NCBI RefSeq assembly: GCF_036365525.1
Contig: NC_090381.1
Coordinates: 51,985,401 to 52,049,400 of the forward strand
Length of the DNA stretch: 64,000 bases
Reading direction: 5' to 3'
Source: Heterodontus francisci
Taxonomy: Eukaryota
Shown: piece by piece, positions 12,360 through 25,199 of the stretch
Numbering within the stretch: the stretch's first letter is position 1
Layout: every line of letters starts with the position of its first letter
Program-made: the position numbers and the translations under genes
The notes under the pieces: generated by a model
Database searches by the model: none
Told to the model about the DNA's origin: nothing
What the model saw: the letters and a program-made list of their open reading frames with translations, nothing else

Positions 12360-14940
12360 GGGCTGCATTTCATAAGAAGGCCACAGGTCCTGGTGGCAGT
12401 GCCAGAAGCAGGAATCGCTTCCAATCAGGCATCCAGCTGCCAGCCGAACGCGATCACGCGGCAGCCAGTCAATTAAATTAGGGGAGGTGCGAAGCCCATC
12501 TAATTAAGGAGCAGAGGTAGGAAATGAGGTGTCGTGGCAGCATCAGCCGACTCAACGGCAGGTGCTGGCACTATAGTTAAAGGGCTGCCAGCCCTGCATT
12601 CATTGCTACCGGGTTTAAAGGAGTGGCTTCTGACTGTCCTGAGGACCCCTCCTGCTGCCTAACTACAGCTGAAACCCAAGGAGCTGAACAGGATCCCATA
12701 GTGACCAGGGCAGAAGGAAAACACCGGGCGACCCCACAGTTTAGTGTGCTTCCCTGCAGGTTCTCCCCCAGGCCCAAAAAGATGGGGAAAAGAGACTGGC
12801 CTGGCCGACCAAGCAAGCCTGGATGGAGATTGCAGAGGTGGAGTGCACCCTCCCCCCAAACCTGGGTGCACTGCTGCAAACGCATCACTGACCTCCTTTG
12901 CTCTGGAAAGGTAAGTCCTCCATAGCACTTTCTTCTTTGGGGCTTACAATTAGCAATGTGAGAAGGTACATTTGGTGGAGAGGGAGTGACCACCCAGTCA
13001 GTGGCAAGGGGTCAGGAAGCAGCATATCCCGTCAGAGGCATGGCTGCATCGCGATAAGAGGCATCTGTCTGTCATTGATAACACCCACAAGGTCCCTCAA
13101 CAGCGGCTGTATGGAGGAGAATTCATGTGCTCCATCATGGACCGTGGGCTGCCACTAGCATAAGTGTTGTGCTGGACATCATGGGGAAACTAACCGTGTT
13201 CCTCCTTGTGCTCACAGGAGAAATGGGCACACAACTGCAGGGAAAGGGCCAAGACCACTGGATGGGTTCCAGACCTGCATATTCTGACCCCAAAGGAAGA
13301 GGGGACCTTGGAACTAGCTGGTTCACAGAGCAGCCATACAATTACTGATAGTGAAACAGGAGTGGCATCACAGCAGAGTGAGTGAACGAGTGCAGGGGCA
13401 CAAGGGTGCATCTGGCCCACACATGAGGCATAGTGTTCATGTGTCCACCACTGGACACATGGAGCTCCACATCAGGCATAGTTGGGATGAGGAACTGGGA
13501 AGTCCTTAACCCATCAATGTTTGTGTTGTCTCATGCAGGTCAAGGTCATCCCAAAGGACGTGGAGCTCGAAAGACCAGAGGCCAGCTGGCCACCTCTTAG
13601 GAAGAGGTGAAGGAACATCTGGCAGAGATTCTAGTGGCTATGCGCAGCCATGTGTGGACGATGGCAGAGTTCTACCATGTCTCTGGTGTGTGCGCGCATG
13701 GCTTCCTCCATGGAGACACTGGCAACCCTCATGGAGAGCCACATCCAGCAGACCACTCACTATCACCTCGTCCATGAACTCTCTGCAGCAGTGGCAAGGT
13801 GAGAGGAGGACGAGGCGCCTAGAGTCTCCACCAGGTCCTCGTCCTTCTCAGATCAGCAGGGAAGTATGCCTTGCAAGGGAGGAAGACAACTGCTTTCTAC
13901 TTCTGAGGGCTCCTCACAGGACGCTCCAAGTGTGGACAGTGGCTCTTCAGCCCCTCTGCCGGTGACCCCAGAGCTTCCAGTAGCTGGGATGACAGAAGCA
14001 GGAGCCCTTCAGTATGCCAGGGCCCTTCGAGCCTCAGGCAGCCAGAGGACAGCCGCCAAGATCATTCCAAACCATGGGGTAGCCCAATCAGCAGACTGCC
14101 TCCATGTTAGCTGCAAGCACTTGCAAGAGAGTTAAGAAGAGCACCTAGCAGCACTTGGCATTCATGGGAGTTTAGATTTTGTACATGTGAAGGCTTGATA
14201 ATATTGTGTCGCTCAATAAATGTTTGACTCACTGCTGTTGGTCATACTTTCAAATCTTGCTGCCTTGTTAGATCTGATCTACAGCCTTGCTCCCTCAGTG
14301 AGCTGCTAGTGTTGGAGTAGGCCACATCTGGTCAGCTCCTCAGCTTTGCCAACGTGTGCTGTGAATCTGGGTGCTGGATGATGGATTGAGAGATGAAGGA
14401 GGCCACAGCCGATGCAGATAACATTCAGGCTTTAATGAACTGCTTGTGAAAGGGCATCAGGTTCACAACAGATAGCTATGAATGAGATCGTCCTGAGCCT
14501 CCCTTGCGTGTCTCTCATTTCCCCTTGCCTCTGGTCTAGTGGGCGGAATTTTATGCACCACCCCACTCCCCCCACAACCCCAGGAGTGGGAGTGGATCGA
14601 GTGGGAAGCAGGGGGCTGCCGTTCCCATTGCCCACCCGCTCCTGTTGGTGCTGCTGAGACTGAAGAGCTGCTGGCCCGCTGATTGGCCGGCAGCTCTTGG
14701 AGGTGGGGCTTCCTGCCTCAGAGTGGTGGATGTCCCGACCAATTAAGGGCCTGGTCCACATAAAATTACGGTGTGGCTTCCAGGCCCGGCGGAGGTGGGC
14801 TCTTCCCTGACGTTTTAGCCAGTGGGCGGGGCCACTGCCACGACATAAAATTCCAGCCAAAGGGTCCTCATCCTGTGCCCTCTACTTAGCAGCCTCTTCC
14901 ACATCCTCATCGTAGGCGATTGATGATGTTCTTATTCTTC
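12360..14940. mobile_element. Decayed Harbinger transposon (Myb remnant on +, probable transposase tail on -)
   Basis: TIR-like gggctgcattt at 12360. Frameshifted GKHRATPQFS..TKQAWMEIAEV..TWVHCCKRITDLL followed by donor gtaagt (12911). Confidence 0.6.
14541..14858. mobile_element. Harbinger-type MITE
   Basis: Terminal inverted repeats gggcggaattttatg ... cataaaattccagcc. Interior resembles the reverse complement of the 5' part of 19442 and 40073. Confidence 0.7.
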
Positions 14941-15254
14941 AAGGCATGGCTTTTACAGCTGGCAGACTTTCATCCGAACATTGTGGGCTGGATTTGAACA
15001 TAAATTCACAAGGACAAACTAGTATTTCCGGAAACCATCTATTAATGCATTCCATTACCTTATTTACCTTCATTACTGTAGTTATGTACAGTGCTGATGG
15101 TTTCATAAACATATTCATGATAAATCAGACTCTTTTCTTAAATCAGCAATTAACACGTGCTTATGGTCATTTGCTCCTTCAATAACAATTGCACACTTAT
15201 CGTTATTGACCTGAATCTGGCATTTCCTATCCCAGTCATCCAAAGATGTAATTT

Positions 15255-15940
15255 TTTTATTTGCTCTTAGAACCTGTCTGACAGCAATTGCCTATATTAG
15301 TTGCCCTGAAAAATAGTGATGATAAGCCTTCTCCTTGAAGCACAGCAGTTTTTGCGGAGATGCTGTTTCCATTATGATGTTAGTTAGGGAATTCCAGGAT
15401 TTTGACCCAGCAGTGTTGAAGGAATGATAATATATATCCCAGTCAGGATGGCATGGAACTTGGAGAGGAACGTGCAGATGATGGTGCTCTCATGAGCTTA
15501 GTGCTCTTGTCCTTCTCAGCAGTAGAGGTCATGGCTATAGGAAGTACTGTTTAAGTAAGCTTGGTGAGTTTTTGTGCTGCATCCTGTAGCTCATACAGAA
15601 CTTGGCTGAAGTTCGTGAGGGGCGAGGTTTTATAATGACTTCAATGGCAGGGGCATTAATCAAAAGGACTACTTTGTCCTGGATGGTATCAAGTATTTTC
15701 CAGCTGCATTGATCAAGGTGGGTGTGAATATTTCATCACATACCTGACTTGAACAGCACTGAATGTCAGGCGGTGAGCTACTTGTCACAGACTACCTCGC
15801 TTCTGCCCCGCTCTCATAGCCACAGTGTTGATATGACTGGTCCAGTTCAGCTTGTGATCAATAGTGATCCCCAAGATGTTGATGGGTAAGTTTAGCCATG
15901 ATGGTGCCATTGAAAATCAGAAAGAGGTGGTTGGGCCTTT
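15255..15940 (-). mobile_element. Old family-B LINE 3' fragment
   Basis: Collinear with 24352-25128. Confidence 0.65.
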
Positions 15941-16179
15941 TACTTTTTTTTAAATGCTTGTACCGCTGAGTTCCTCTTATACAGCTAACTACAAACAAAG
16001 TGTAAATCTAATGGGCTTCAACAAGACTGACTTCCAGGAAGACCCATTGTGCCCATGTGTGCATGACCTTCACTTTGGAAACCAAGCTGCAATAGCAAGG
16101 CATAAAAGAACACTTCAACTTATACTTATTTTAGACACATTGAGGACAAATTTGTGTGAATTGCAATTAGAGTGAATCA

Positions 16180-17560
16180 CAAACACAGTAGAAACTGAGA
16201 ATGTGGTGACAGTAGGAATTTGGTGGAGAGGAGGAAGGCAGATCTCATGCCTAACTCAAAAGGAGTGGAGTCACAGAACCCAAGAATTCTACGTTGAGTA
16301 TCAAGGTTAAGTTTATCGATATTTAATATGTAGCTTTTTTGTGTTTAGTATCTCACTGATTCTTGTTAACTTCGAGTAAATAATTAGTGTTTAATTAGTT
16401 CGATTTGAGGGGCAAATAGAAAAATAGCAGTGCAGTTATTTAACAGCAATTAGATAAATAATTACCTTGTATCGAAGTACTTTATTTAAGTTACTAATTA
16501 AAATGGATAGACTGCTGCAATCAGTAGCCTGCAATTTTTGCACCACGTGGAAACTTCAGAATGCTTCATGTGTCCTGAAGGCCCACATTTGCAGGGAGTG
16601 TCTCATGCTGCTCGAACACACAGAGGGTTTCTGAGCTTGAGGGGCAGCTGGATCCGCTGCAGAGCATATGGGTGGCTGAATGTTGCCTGTATCACAGGTT
16701 CCAGGAGGTGATCACCTCACAGCCAGGCAGAGTTCAGGCTTGCAAGTGGGCGGCCACCCAGAATGATCGGAAGAGGCAGGCAGTGCAGAAATCTTCTACG
16801 AGTGTGATATTCTCAAACTGCTATTGAGCATTGAATACTGGTGAATGGTGAGGGAATTTAGTCCTGAACCTGCTCAGGAAGGTTCAGCAAAGTGTAGGAA
16901 TTCAGTATTAATTGAACATTTGAGATTAAAGGCAACAGACAGGCAATTCTGCTACCATCAGTGTGTGACCCATACGCACTGTTGCCTCCTGATGCCAGGG
17001 TGAGGGATATCATGGAGAGGGTGCAGAACACTCTGCAGGGGGGGTAGGGGAAGTGTCAGAAGTTGTGGTACAGGTCAGAACTAATGACAAAGGAAGGAAA
17101 AGGGTTGTGGTCCTGCTGTCAGAGTTTAAGGAACTAAGGAGGAAGTTAAAAACCAAGACCTCAAAAAGGTAAGTAATCTTTTGAATACTCCCACTGCCAC
17201 ATGCTAGTGAGAGTATAAATAGGGGAATATGGAAGGTTAATGCATGGCTACAGACATGGTGCAGGAGGGAGGGCTTCAGAATCCTGGGACATTGGGACCA
17301 GTTCTGTGGTAGGAGGGACCTGTTCAAGATGGAAAAGTTGCACCTCAACAGAGCTGCACCAATATCTTGATGGGCAGGCTATCTAGTGTTGTGGAGAGTT
17401 TAAACTAATTTGGCAGGGTGTTGGACACCAAAATGTAATATTAAAAAGTCAAAGCAAGGCGTAGAGAGAGAGAGAGAGAGAAACAGCTAGATTTAGAAAT
17501 AGTACAGAAGTAGGTGGGATCATAGAAAGTACAAAGAGATCTAAATTAGGTTTGTAGTGC
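16180..17560 (+). mobile_element. CR1 LINE 5' part (5'UTR, ORF1 zinc finger/leucine zipper and SGNH esterase), decayed
   Basis: From 16503 MDRLLQSVACNFCTTW..HICRECL; later CCL..ARVRDI, VVVQVRTND, VNAWLQTWCRREGFRILGHWDQF..LHLN. Confidence 0.75.
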
Positions 17561-17562
17561 AC

Positions 17563-17760
17563 GGGCTGGATTTTACCAGCCCATTGGAGACGGGCTGGGA
17601 AGTGGAAGGAGTGGTAAAATGGCGGTGAAAGGTGTCGGGAGGGAAGCCTGAACCCTTACGTCACGACCGGATATTACCAAAGGCGGGCGGGCTAGCAGAA
17701 GGAGGTCACGCTGGAGCGAGGCAACAAGGTAATTAAGCCTATAAAACAGACGATTAACAT
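17563..17760. mobile_element. Harbinger-type MITE fragment
   Basis: Begins with TIR gggctggattttacc; GC/CpG-rich; other end absent. Confidence 0.5.
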
Positions 17761-17769
17761 ATAAGATAA

Positions 17770-18295
17770 ACATATAAGATTCTGAGGGGGCTAGATGCTG
17801 AGAGGATGTTTCCCCTTGTGGGGGAGTCTAGAACTAGGGGGCACAGTTTCAAAATAAGGGGTCTCTCACTTCCAATGGAAATGAGGAGGAATTTCTTCTC
17901 TCAGAAGGTCATTAATCTTTGGAATTCTCTTCCCCAGAGAGCAGTGGAGGCTGGGTCATTGAATATATTCGAGGCTGTGTTGGACAGATTTTTGATCTAC
18001 AAGGAAGTCAAGGGTTATGAGGGGCAGACAGGAAAGTGGTTAAAGCCACAATCAGATCAGCCATGATCTTATTGAATGGCCGAGCAGGCTCAAGGAGCCA
18101 AATGGCCTACTCCTGCTTCTATTTCTTATGAGCCTATGTATATTTAAGACCAAGATCGATAGATTTTTGGGCGCTCAGGAAATCAAAGAATATGGGGATC
18201 ACGTGGGAAAATGGAGTTGAGCTAGTTGCTCAGCCATGATCTTATTGAATGGCAGAGCAGGCTCAAACTCCTGCTAAGATTTCTTATTTCTTATT
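17770..18295 (+). mobile_element. Two tandem CR1 3'-end fragments
   Basis: ORF 17806..18066 MFPLVGESRTRGH..NLWNSLPQRAVEA with tail to ~18135; second tail ~18140-18295. Confidence 0.8.
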
Positions 18296-18756
18296 ACAGT
18301 GCTAGAAATTGGGAAAGTCCTTGAAAAGTAGAATTCAAAATCTATTCGGTCAGAATTAAGAAACAATAAAAGTAACTATTACATCACTTTGTGTATTTTA
18401 TAGGTCATCAATAGTGGGAAGGAGATAGAGCAGCAGATATGCTAAGAAACTACTGAGACATGCAAGAGCTCTATAGTGATAATGGGAGATTTTTAGTGCC
18501 ACATTCAGTATTGGGGTAGTTATAGTGTTAAAGGTAGAGAAGGGGAGGAATTTCTGAAGTGTGTTCAGGAGTATTTTCTTGATCGTTATGTTTCCTGTCA
18601 AACGAGGAAGGTGGCATTGCTGGATCTAGTCCTGGGGAATGAAGTACTACAAGTGGGGGAAGCTCAGAAAATGCTGGAAATCTGAAATAAAAACAGACAA
18701 AGCTGGAAATACTGAGCAGGTCTGGCAGCACCTGTGGAGAGAGAAACAGTGTTAAC

Positions 18757-19400
18757 AGGTTGGATTTTCTGAGGACCATGGGGTCGAAACCCGGTGCGGA
18801 TGCCATTTGAAAATCATGGCCCCGGAGGCCATCTCAGGATCCTGGTACCTCCAGGGCAGTTTCAAATTTTAAAAGTGTTGATGGCGGGGAGGGAACAGGG
18901 AACAAGCAGAGCACTACCTAACAGCCTATTAATCTCCTTTAGGAGCTTAAGGGGCCAGCACCTTTGGGAAAGCAATTTTTAAATCTGATTTTGGCAATCC
19001 TGTCCAGTCTGGTGCACATTAGTGCACAGCTGTGGGGGTCGCCACAGGGCAAAAGAAAGATTGTTTCTATCTATTTTGAAATGAAATTTGAGGGGCCAAC
19101 TAGCACGGCGTCAAAGGCAGTACCTCTGCTTGGCGTCTATGGCCACTTTCCACTGTCCTTATCGTCCTGGCCCTTTCATGAGCTGCCTGCTCTCCTCGGC
19201 AAGGCAGCAGCAGCCCAACATGCCTGTTGCCTGCCTTTGCTGCTGGCACCAGGCAGGCAGCTCCCACTTCCTGGAGGCACTCAGTGCCTCTAATTTAGCA
19301 CCGAGCTCGCCTCCTTCCCAATTAGGGCAATTGCATTCAATGAACACGTCGCAAGAACAACGCACCTGAAGCTCAGTGTCAGGACCCGGAATTCATCAGG
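18757..19400. mobile_element. Probable Harbinger-type MITE
   Basis: Starts with TIR-like aggttggatttt; GC-rich; interrupts the fold-back element. Confidence 0.45.
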
Positions 19401-19441
19401 AGAGTTCTGATGAAAGGTCACAGACCTGAAATTTTAACTCT
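19401..19441 (+). ncRNA. Minimal type-I hammerhead ribozyme-like motif (stem III decayed)
   Basis: AGAGTT-CTGATGA-A-AGGTC-ACA-GACCT-GAAA-TTTT-AACTCT: perfect 6-bp stem I and 5-bp stem II. The ACGT of stem III is mutated. Confidence 0.6.
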
Positions 19442-20180
19442 GGCTGGAATTTAACCCTAGGCGGACAGGAGCCGGCTACTGACTGAAAAGTCGGCAGCGC
19501 ACCTTGCCTGGGGATCTGACCAGTATTTTGCAGGTTGCCGGGCTTTAATTGTTGTGAGGCAGGACTTCCACCCGCTTGAGGTAGGAAATCCTGCCGAACA
19601 GAACTGCCGGCCAATCAGCGGGCCAGCAGCACCACCGGGAGAGGTGGCAACTGCTGGGACTACAGCCCGGCTTGAAGAAGATGAGGTTGGGAGCACGGAA
19701 CAAAGGCAAGTTTTGGTTGCCTCGCTGGGCGTAATCGGTCAGGCCCCAGCAAGGCAAAGGTGGTCGATTGGGGAGACGGGGGGGGGGGGGGCGCAGTTGG
19801 GAGTATTTGGGGCAGCAGGGGCAGCCCTCCATCGGGCACAGGGTGCCCGATCATGAGGGTCCCCCCCCCCAAGCCATCAGAGAGCCGCCTGCTTTTGTCA
19901 GGTGGCTTCTCTTGGGCCTCGGCCGCCTGACCAGCCATGGGTAAAATCCCCGTGGAGGCGGGCAAAGGCCCTTAAGTGGGCATTAAGTGTCCACTTAAGG
20001 GCCTTGATTGGCCTGGGGTGGACAGGCCATTTTCCGCCGCTGCCACCCTGCGTAAAGTGGCAGCAGAGGCGGCAGTGGGTCTGGAAGGGTTCCAGCAGCC
20101 TCCCACTTCATTTTACGCCACTCCCCACCTTGCCACCACCGCCACCATCCTGCTCCTTGCGGGTGTGTAAAATTCAGTCA
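19442..20180. mobile_element. Harbinger-type MITE (~740 bp)
   Basis: TIRs ggctggaattta / gtaaaattcagtca; 3-bp TSD TCT (19439-19441, 20181-20183); collinear with 40073-40803. Confidence 0.8.
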
Positions 20181-22410
20181 TCTGTTTTTCTTTTCATAGA
20201 CCTGCTAGGTATTTTCAGTATTGTCATTTTTTTATTTGAGGAATCTCACAGTTGGGGAGATCTCAGGAATAGTGCTCATAATAGTCTAAGGTTTAGATGA
20301 GGTATGAGAAAAGTCAAGGCACAAGCTAATTTCAGTGAATCAAGGAGGGATCTGGCACAGGAAAAACTGGAGGCAACGCCTGGTACGTAATAATGTAACG
20401 GAGCAATAGGTGACCTTTAAAGAGAGATGCAACACAGTCTAGCTGCATTCTCACAAGAAGGAAAGGGAGGGCAAACAAATCCAGAGCTACCTGGATGACA
20501 AAAGAGGTAGAGATTAAGATAAAGAAGAAAAAGTGTGCTTATGACAGATGCCAGGTAGAAAATACAATTGAGAACCAGGCTGAATACAAAAGGTCCAGAG
20601 GGGAAGTGAAAAAGCAAATAAGAGATGCAAAGAGAGAGCATGAAAAGAGACTGGCAGCTAGCATTAAAGGAAATCCCAAAGTTAAAGGGTGTAAAAGGAG
20701 GAGTGGGGCCGATTAGGCACCAGAAAGGAGATTTACACATGGAGGCAGAGGGCATAGCTGAGGTATTACATAAATACTTTGCATCTGTCTTTACCAAGGA
20801 AGAAGATGCAACTCAGGCAATGGTGAAAAAGGAGGTAAGTCAGACACTAGAGGGGTTTAAAATTGATAAAGAGGATGTATTAGATAGGCTGTCTGTACTT
20901 AAAGTGGATAAAGCACCAGCACCAGATGAGATGCATTCAAGGATACTGAGGGCAGTGACGGTGGAAATCGCAGAGGCACTGGCCATAATTTTGCAGCATT
21001 CCTTAGCCTTGGGGATGGTGCCAGAGGACTGGAAAATTGCAAATGTTACACCTTTGTTCAAAAAAGGGTGTAAAGTTAAGCCCAACAACTACAGGCCAGT
21101 CAGTTTAACTTCGGTGGTGGGGAAACATCTAGAAAAAATAATTCGGGACAAAATTAATAGTCACTTGGACAAATGCAGGTTAATTAAGGAAAGCCAGCAT
21201 GGATTTCTTAAGGGAAAATCATGTTTAACTAACTCGCTGGAGTTTTTTGAGGAGGTAACAGAGAGGGTTGATGCAGGCAATGCTGTTGATGTGGTGTACA
21301 TGGACTTTCAAAAGGCATTTGATAGCATGGATATGGGAGTTGGCTGAGTGACAGGAAACAAAGAGTAGTGGTTAATGGATGTTTTTCAGGCTGGAGGAAG
21401 GTTTGTAGTGGAGTTCCCCAGGGGTCAGTATTTGGACCCTTGCTTTTTCTGATATATATTAATGAGCTAGACCTTGGTGTACAGGGCACAATTTCAAAGT
21501 TTGCACATGATACAAAACTTGGAAGCATTGTGAACTGTGAGGAGGATCATGTAGAACTTCAAAAGGACATAAACAAGTTGGTGGAATGGGCAGACACGTG
21601 GCAGATGTAATTCAATGCAAAGAAATGTGAAGTGATTCATTTGGGTAGGAAGAACATGGAGTGACAATATAAAATAAAGGGTACAATTCTAAAGGGGGTG
21701 CAGGAGCAGAGGGACCTGGGTGTATATGTGCATAAGTCATTGAAGGTGGCAGGACAGGTTGAGAGAGCGGTTAATAAAGCGTACAATATTCTGGGCTTTA
21801 TTAATAGGGGCATAGAGTACAAGAGCAAAGAGGTTATGTTGAAGTTGTATAAGACACTATTTCGGCCTCAGCTGGAGTACTGCGTCAGGTTCTGGGCACC
21901 ACACTTCAGGAAAGACGTGGAGAGAGTACAGAAAAGATTCACGAGAATGGTTCCAGGGATGAGGAACTTCAGTTATGAAGATAGATTGGAGATGTTAGGA
22001 CTGTTTTCCTTTGAGCAGAGAAGGCTAACAGATGATTTGATAGAGGTATTCAAAATCTTGAGGGGTCTGGACAAGTAGACAGAGAGAAATTGCTCTCACT
22101 TGTGAAAGGAGTGAAAACGAGAGGGCACAGATTTAAAGTAAGAGAAGCAAAAGTGACATAAGGAAAAACTTTTTCACGCAGACAGTGGTTAAGGTCTGGA
22201 ATGCGCTGCCTGAGCGTGTGGTGGAGGCAGGTTCAACTGAAGCATTCAAAAGGAAATTAGACTGTTTTATGAAAAGGAAGAATGTGCAGGGTTACGGGGA
22301 GAGGCGGGGGAATGGAATTGAGTGTATACTCTTTCGGGGAGCCAGTGTGGACATGATGGGCTGAATGGCCTCCTTTTGCACTGTAACAATTCTGTGATTC
22401 TGTGAAATAG

Positions 22411-23570
22411 CAGGATGAAACAGAAAAAGGGGTGAATGACAGATGTCGGCTTAATAATAAAAGGGAGAATAAGGCTGCATATAACAAGCATAGGGGAGAA
22501 GTGAAAAAGGAAATAAAGGGGGCAAAGAGACAGTACAAGAATAGATTGGTGACAAACATAAAAAGAAATCCAAAGATCTTCTATACACCTATTAACAGTA
22601 AAAAGGTTGTCAGAGGAGCCATGGGACTAACTGGAGACCCATTGGTGGAGGCAGAAGGCATGGCTTAGGTAGTAAATAAGTATTTTGCATTGGCGTTTAC
22701 CAAGGAAGAGGACTTTGCCAAAGCTAAGGCAAATGGATAGGTTGTCGGGATACTGGATGAGATAAACCAGATAAAGAGGAAGTACTAGAAAGGTTGGCAG
22801 TACGTAAAGTAAATAATTCACCTGGGTCAGATGGGATGCATCCTAGGTTGCTTAGAAAAGCAAGGGTACAAATTGCAGAGATGCTGGCCACTCTCCTAAT
22901 TTACAGGGTAGTGCCGGAGTACTGGTGGAATGCAAATGTTAGACCCTTGTTCAAAAAAGGGGAGTAGAAGAAACAGAGCAATCATAGGCCAGTTGGTTTA
23001 AAGTTGATAGTGAAGAAGCTTTTAGAAATGAAGCCGGGAGAAACTTAATAACCACTTGGGCAAGCATGGACCAATAAAGGAAAGCCTGCATGCATTTGTT
23101 AAGGACAAATTGTGTTTGACTAGCTTGACTGAGTTTTTTGATGCGGTAACAAAGAGGGTGGATGAGAGCAGTGCAGCTGATGTTGTGTATGCAGACTTCC
23201 AAAAGGCATTTCATTAAGTACCACATATTAGGCTTGTTAGCAAAACTGAAGCCCACAGGATAAAGGGGGCAATAGCAGCACATATACAAAATTGGCTCAG
23301 AGACAGAAAACAAAGTTGCGGTGAATGCCTGGTTTTGGATTGGTGGGAAGTACACAGTGAAATAAAGTAAATTGAGATAGTTAAAATCGTGAAGAGCTTA
23401 GACAAGAGTAAATAAAGATTAACTGTTCCCAGTGGCTGAAGAGTCGATAATCAGAGCGCACAGAATTAACATGATTGTAAAAAGAACCAGAGGTGATATG
23501 AGGAAAACTTTTTTTTTTATTCAACAAATGGTTAGGATCTAGAATGTAATGTCTATAGGGTGGTGGGAAG
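22411..23570 (+). mobile_element. Older CR1 ORF2 fragments
   Basis: Decayed NKYFALAFTKEED, NVRPLFKKG, CLTSLTEFFD, VYADFQKAF. Confidence 0.75.
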
Positions 23571-24351
23571 CTTCAGCAGGCAAGTCAACCATTATTATGT
23601 CCAGCTTCCACCAGGGCAAAAAAAAGTGCTATCTAAAATTAATATTTCTAACATGCATCTGATACAAACTTTGCAGGTGGATACAGCGGCTGGAGCATGT
23701 CGCAGGTGAAATTAACTGTGACGAATGACTCACAGAGGACAGAATCAGTTTCTAGCTTTTAGTCTTTTTCAAATGGTTTAAAAAGTAATTCCAGTGGGAT
23801 TCCGCCAAATTGAAAATAGACGGTCAAAAGGAAAATTTAATTGGGAGCTGCTATCAAACAGAATCTGCTAATGAGTCTTCTTGTATGAGCCAATGGTAAG
23901 TCGCAGTGCCAAATACTTACCATTCCAATTGGAAAGGAAAGAAAGACTTTAACGTGGCAACAAAAAATTGAGAGTTGAGCAAAGATTGCCCAAAATAAAA
24001 ATGTTCTTTCTGCCAGCAAAATTAATGTTATTCAAAAATAATTCCTTGAACCAAGGTGTGGCAATTTATATTTGTCTAGATGGCAAGCCACATTGAAGTA
24101 AATCTTTAATTATAATTAACTTCTGCTTTTTTTTGCAAGCCATTTAAAAAAAAAACAATGGCCCTTTCAGCTTCGTGATTGAACTGTCTTGTATCATTTG
24201 CTAAGCTCACATGATTTTGACATCATACAAAGGTGGTAGATGGTTCTTTTGGGGGTTTGGCCCTGTACTGAATCCCTTATACAAAGCATGAGTGTATTGT
24301 TCTATCCACTTTGTCAGAATGTATTACTCGGTTCCTACACTAGTTCAATTT

Positions 24352-25128
24352 TTTTAATTCATTCTTGGGATGTCAGCATCGCTGCCAAGGCCAGCATTTA
24401 TTGTCCATCCCTAATTACCATGGAGAAGATGGTGGTGAACTGCCTTCTTGAACCACTGCAGTCCATTTCGTGTAGACACACCCACAGTGTTGTTAAGGAG
24501 GGAGTTCCAGGATTTTTACCCAGTGACAGTGAAGCTAAGATGATATATATCCAAATCAGTATAATGTGCGAAGAGGAACTTGCGGGTGGTGGCACTCTCA
24601 TGCATCTGCTGCCCTTGACCTTCTAGGTGGTAGAAGTTGCAGGTTTGGAGGGTGCTGTCGAAGGAGTCTTGGTGAGTTGCTGAAGTGCATCTTGTAGAAG
24701 GTACACACTGCAGCCACTGTGTGCTGGTAATCAAAGGAGTGAATGTTTAAGGTGATAAATGGAGTGCCAATCAAGCAGTCTGCTTTGGCTTGGATGGCGT
24801 TTAGCTTCTGGAGTGTTGTTGGAGCTGCACTCATTCAGGCAAGTAGAGACTATTCCATCACACTCCAGACTTGTGCCTTGTGGATGGTGGACAGGGTTTG
24901 GGCAGTCAGGAGGTGAGTTACTCACTGCAGAATTCCCAGTTTCTTGTAGCCACAGCATTTATATGACTGGTCCAGTTAAGTTTCTGTAAATAATAACCCC
25001 CAGGATTTTGATGGTAGGGAATTCAGCAATGGTAATGCAGTTGAATGTCAAGTGAAGATGGTTAGATTCTTCTTACTGGAGTTGGCCATTGCCTGGCACT
25101 TGTGTGGCACAAATGTTACTTGCCACTA
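24352..25128 (-). mobile_element. Family-B LINE 3' end
   Basis: 3' terminus (minus strand ggacaataaatgctggccttggcagcgatgctgacatccc); its coding part overlaps the sequence of 3568-3920. Confidence 0.8.
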
Positions 25129-25199
25129 TTATTCTAGTTTCCTAATCTACCTTTGCCATTTTGCTCCTCATATCTACATAGTTTGCTTTGTTCCAATGT

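Larger units (their letters stand above)
18665..20238. mobile_element. Old Penelope-derived fold-back element split by two MITE insertions
   Basis: Left arm 18665-18756 (aatgctggaaatctgaaataaaa..gtgttaac), hammerhead core 19401-19441, right-arm remainder 20181-20238 (gacctgctaggtattttcagtatt). Confidence 0.7.
18300..22410 (+). mobile_element. CR1 LINE ORF2 (EN 18300-18660, resumes ~20240 through RT to 3' tail)
   Basis: EN remnants (VIMGDF, LLDLVLGNE). ORF 20625..21347 WKIANVTPLFKKG, NYRPVSLTS, VYMDFQKAFD; GVPQGSVFGPLLF. Tail ctgtaacaattctgtgattctgtga. Confidence 0.9.
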
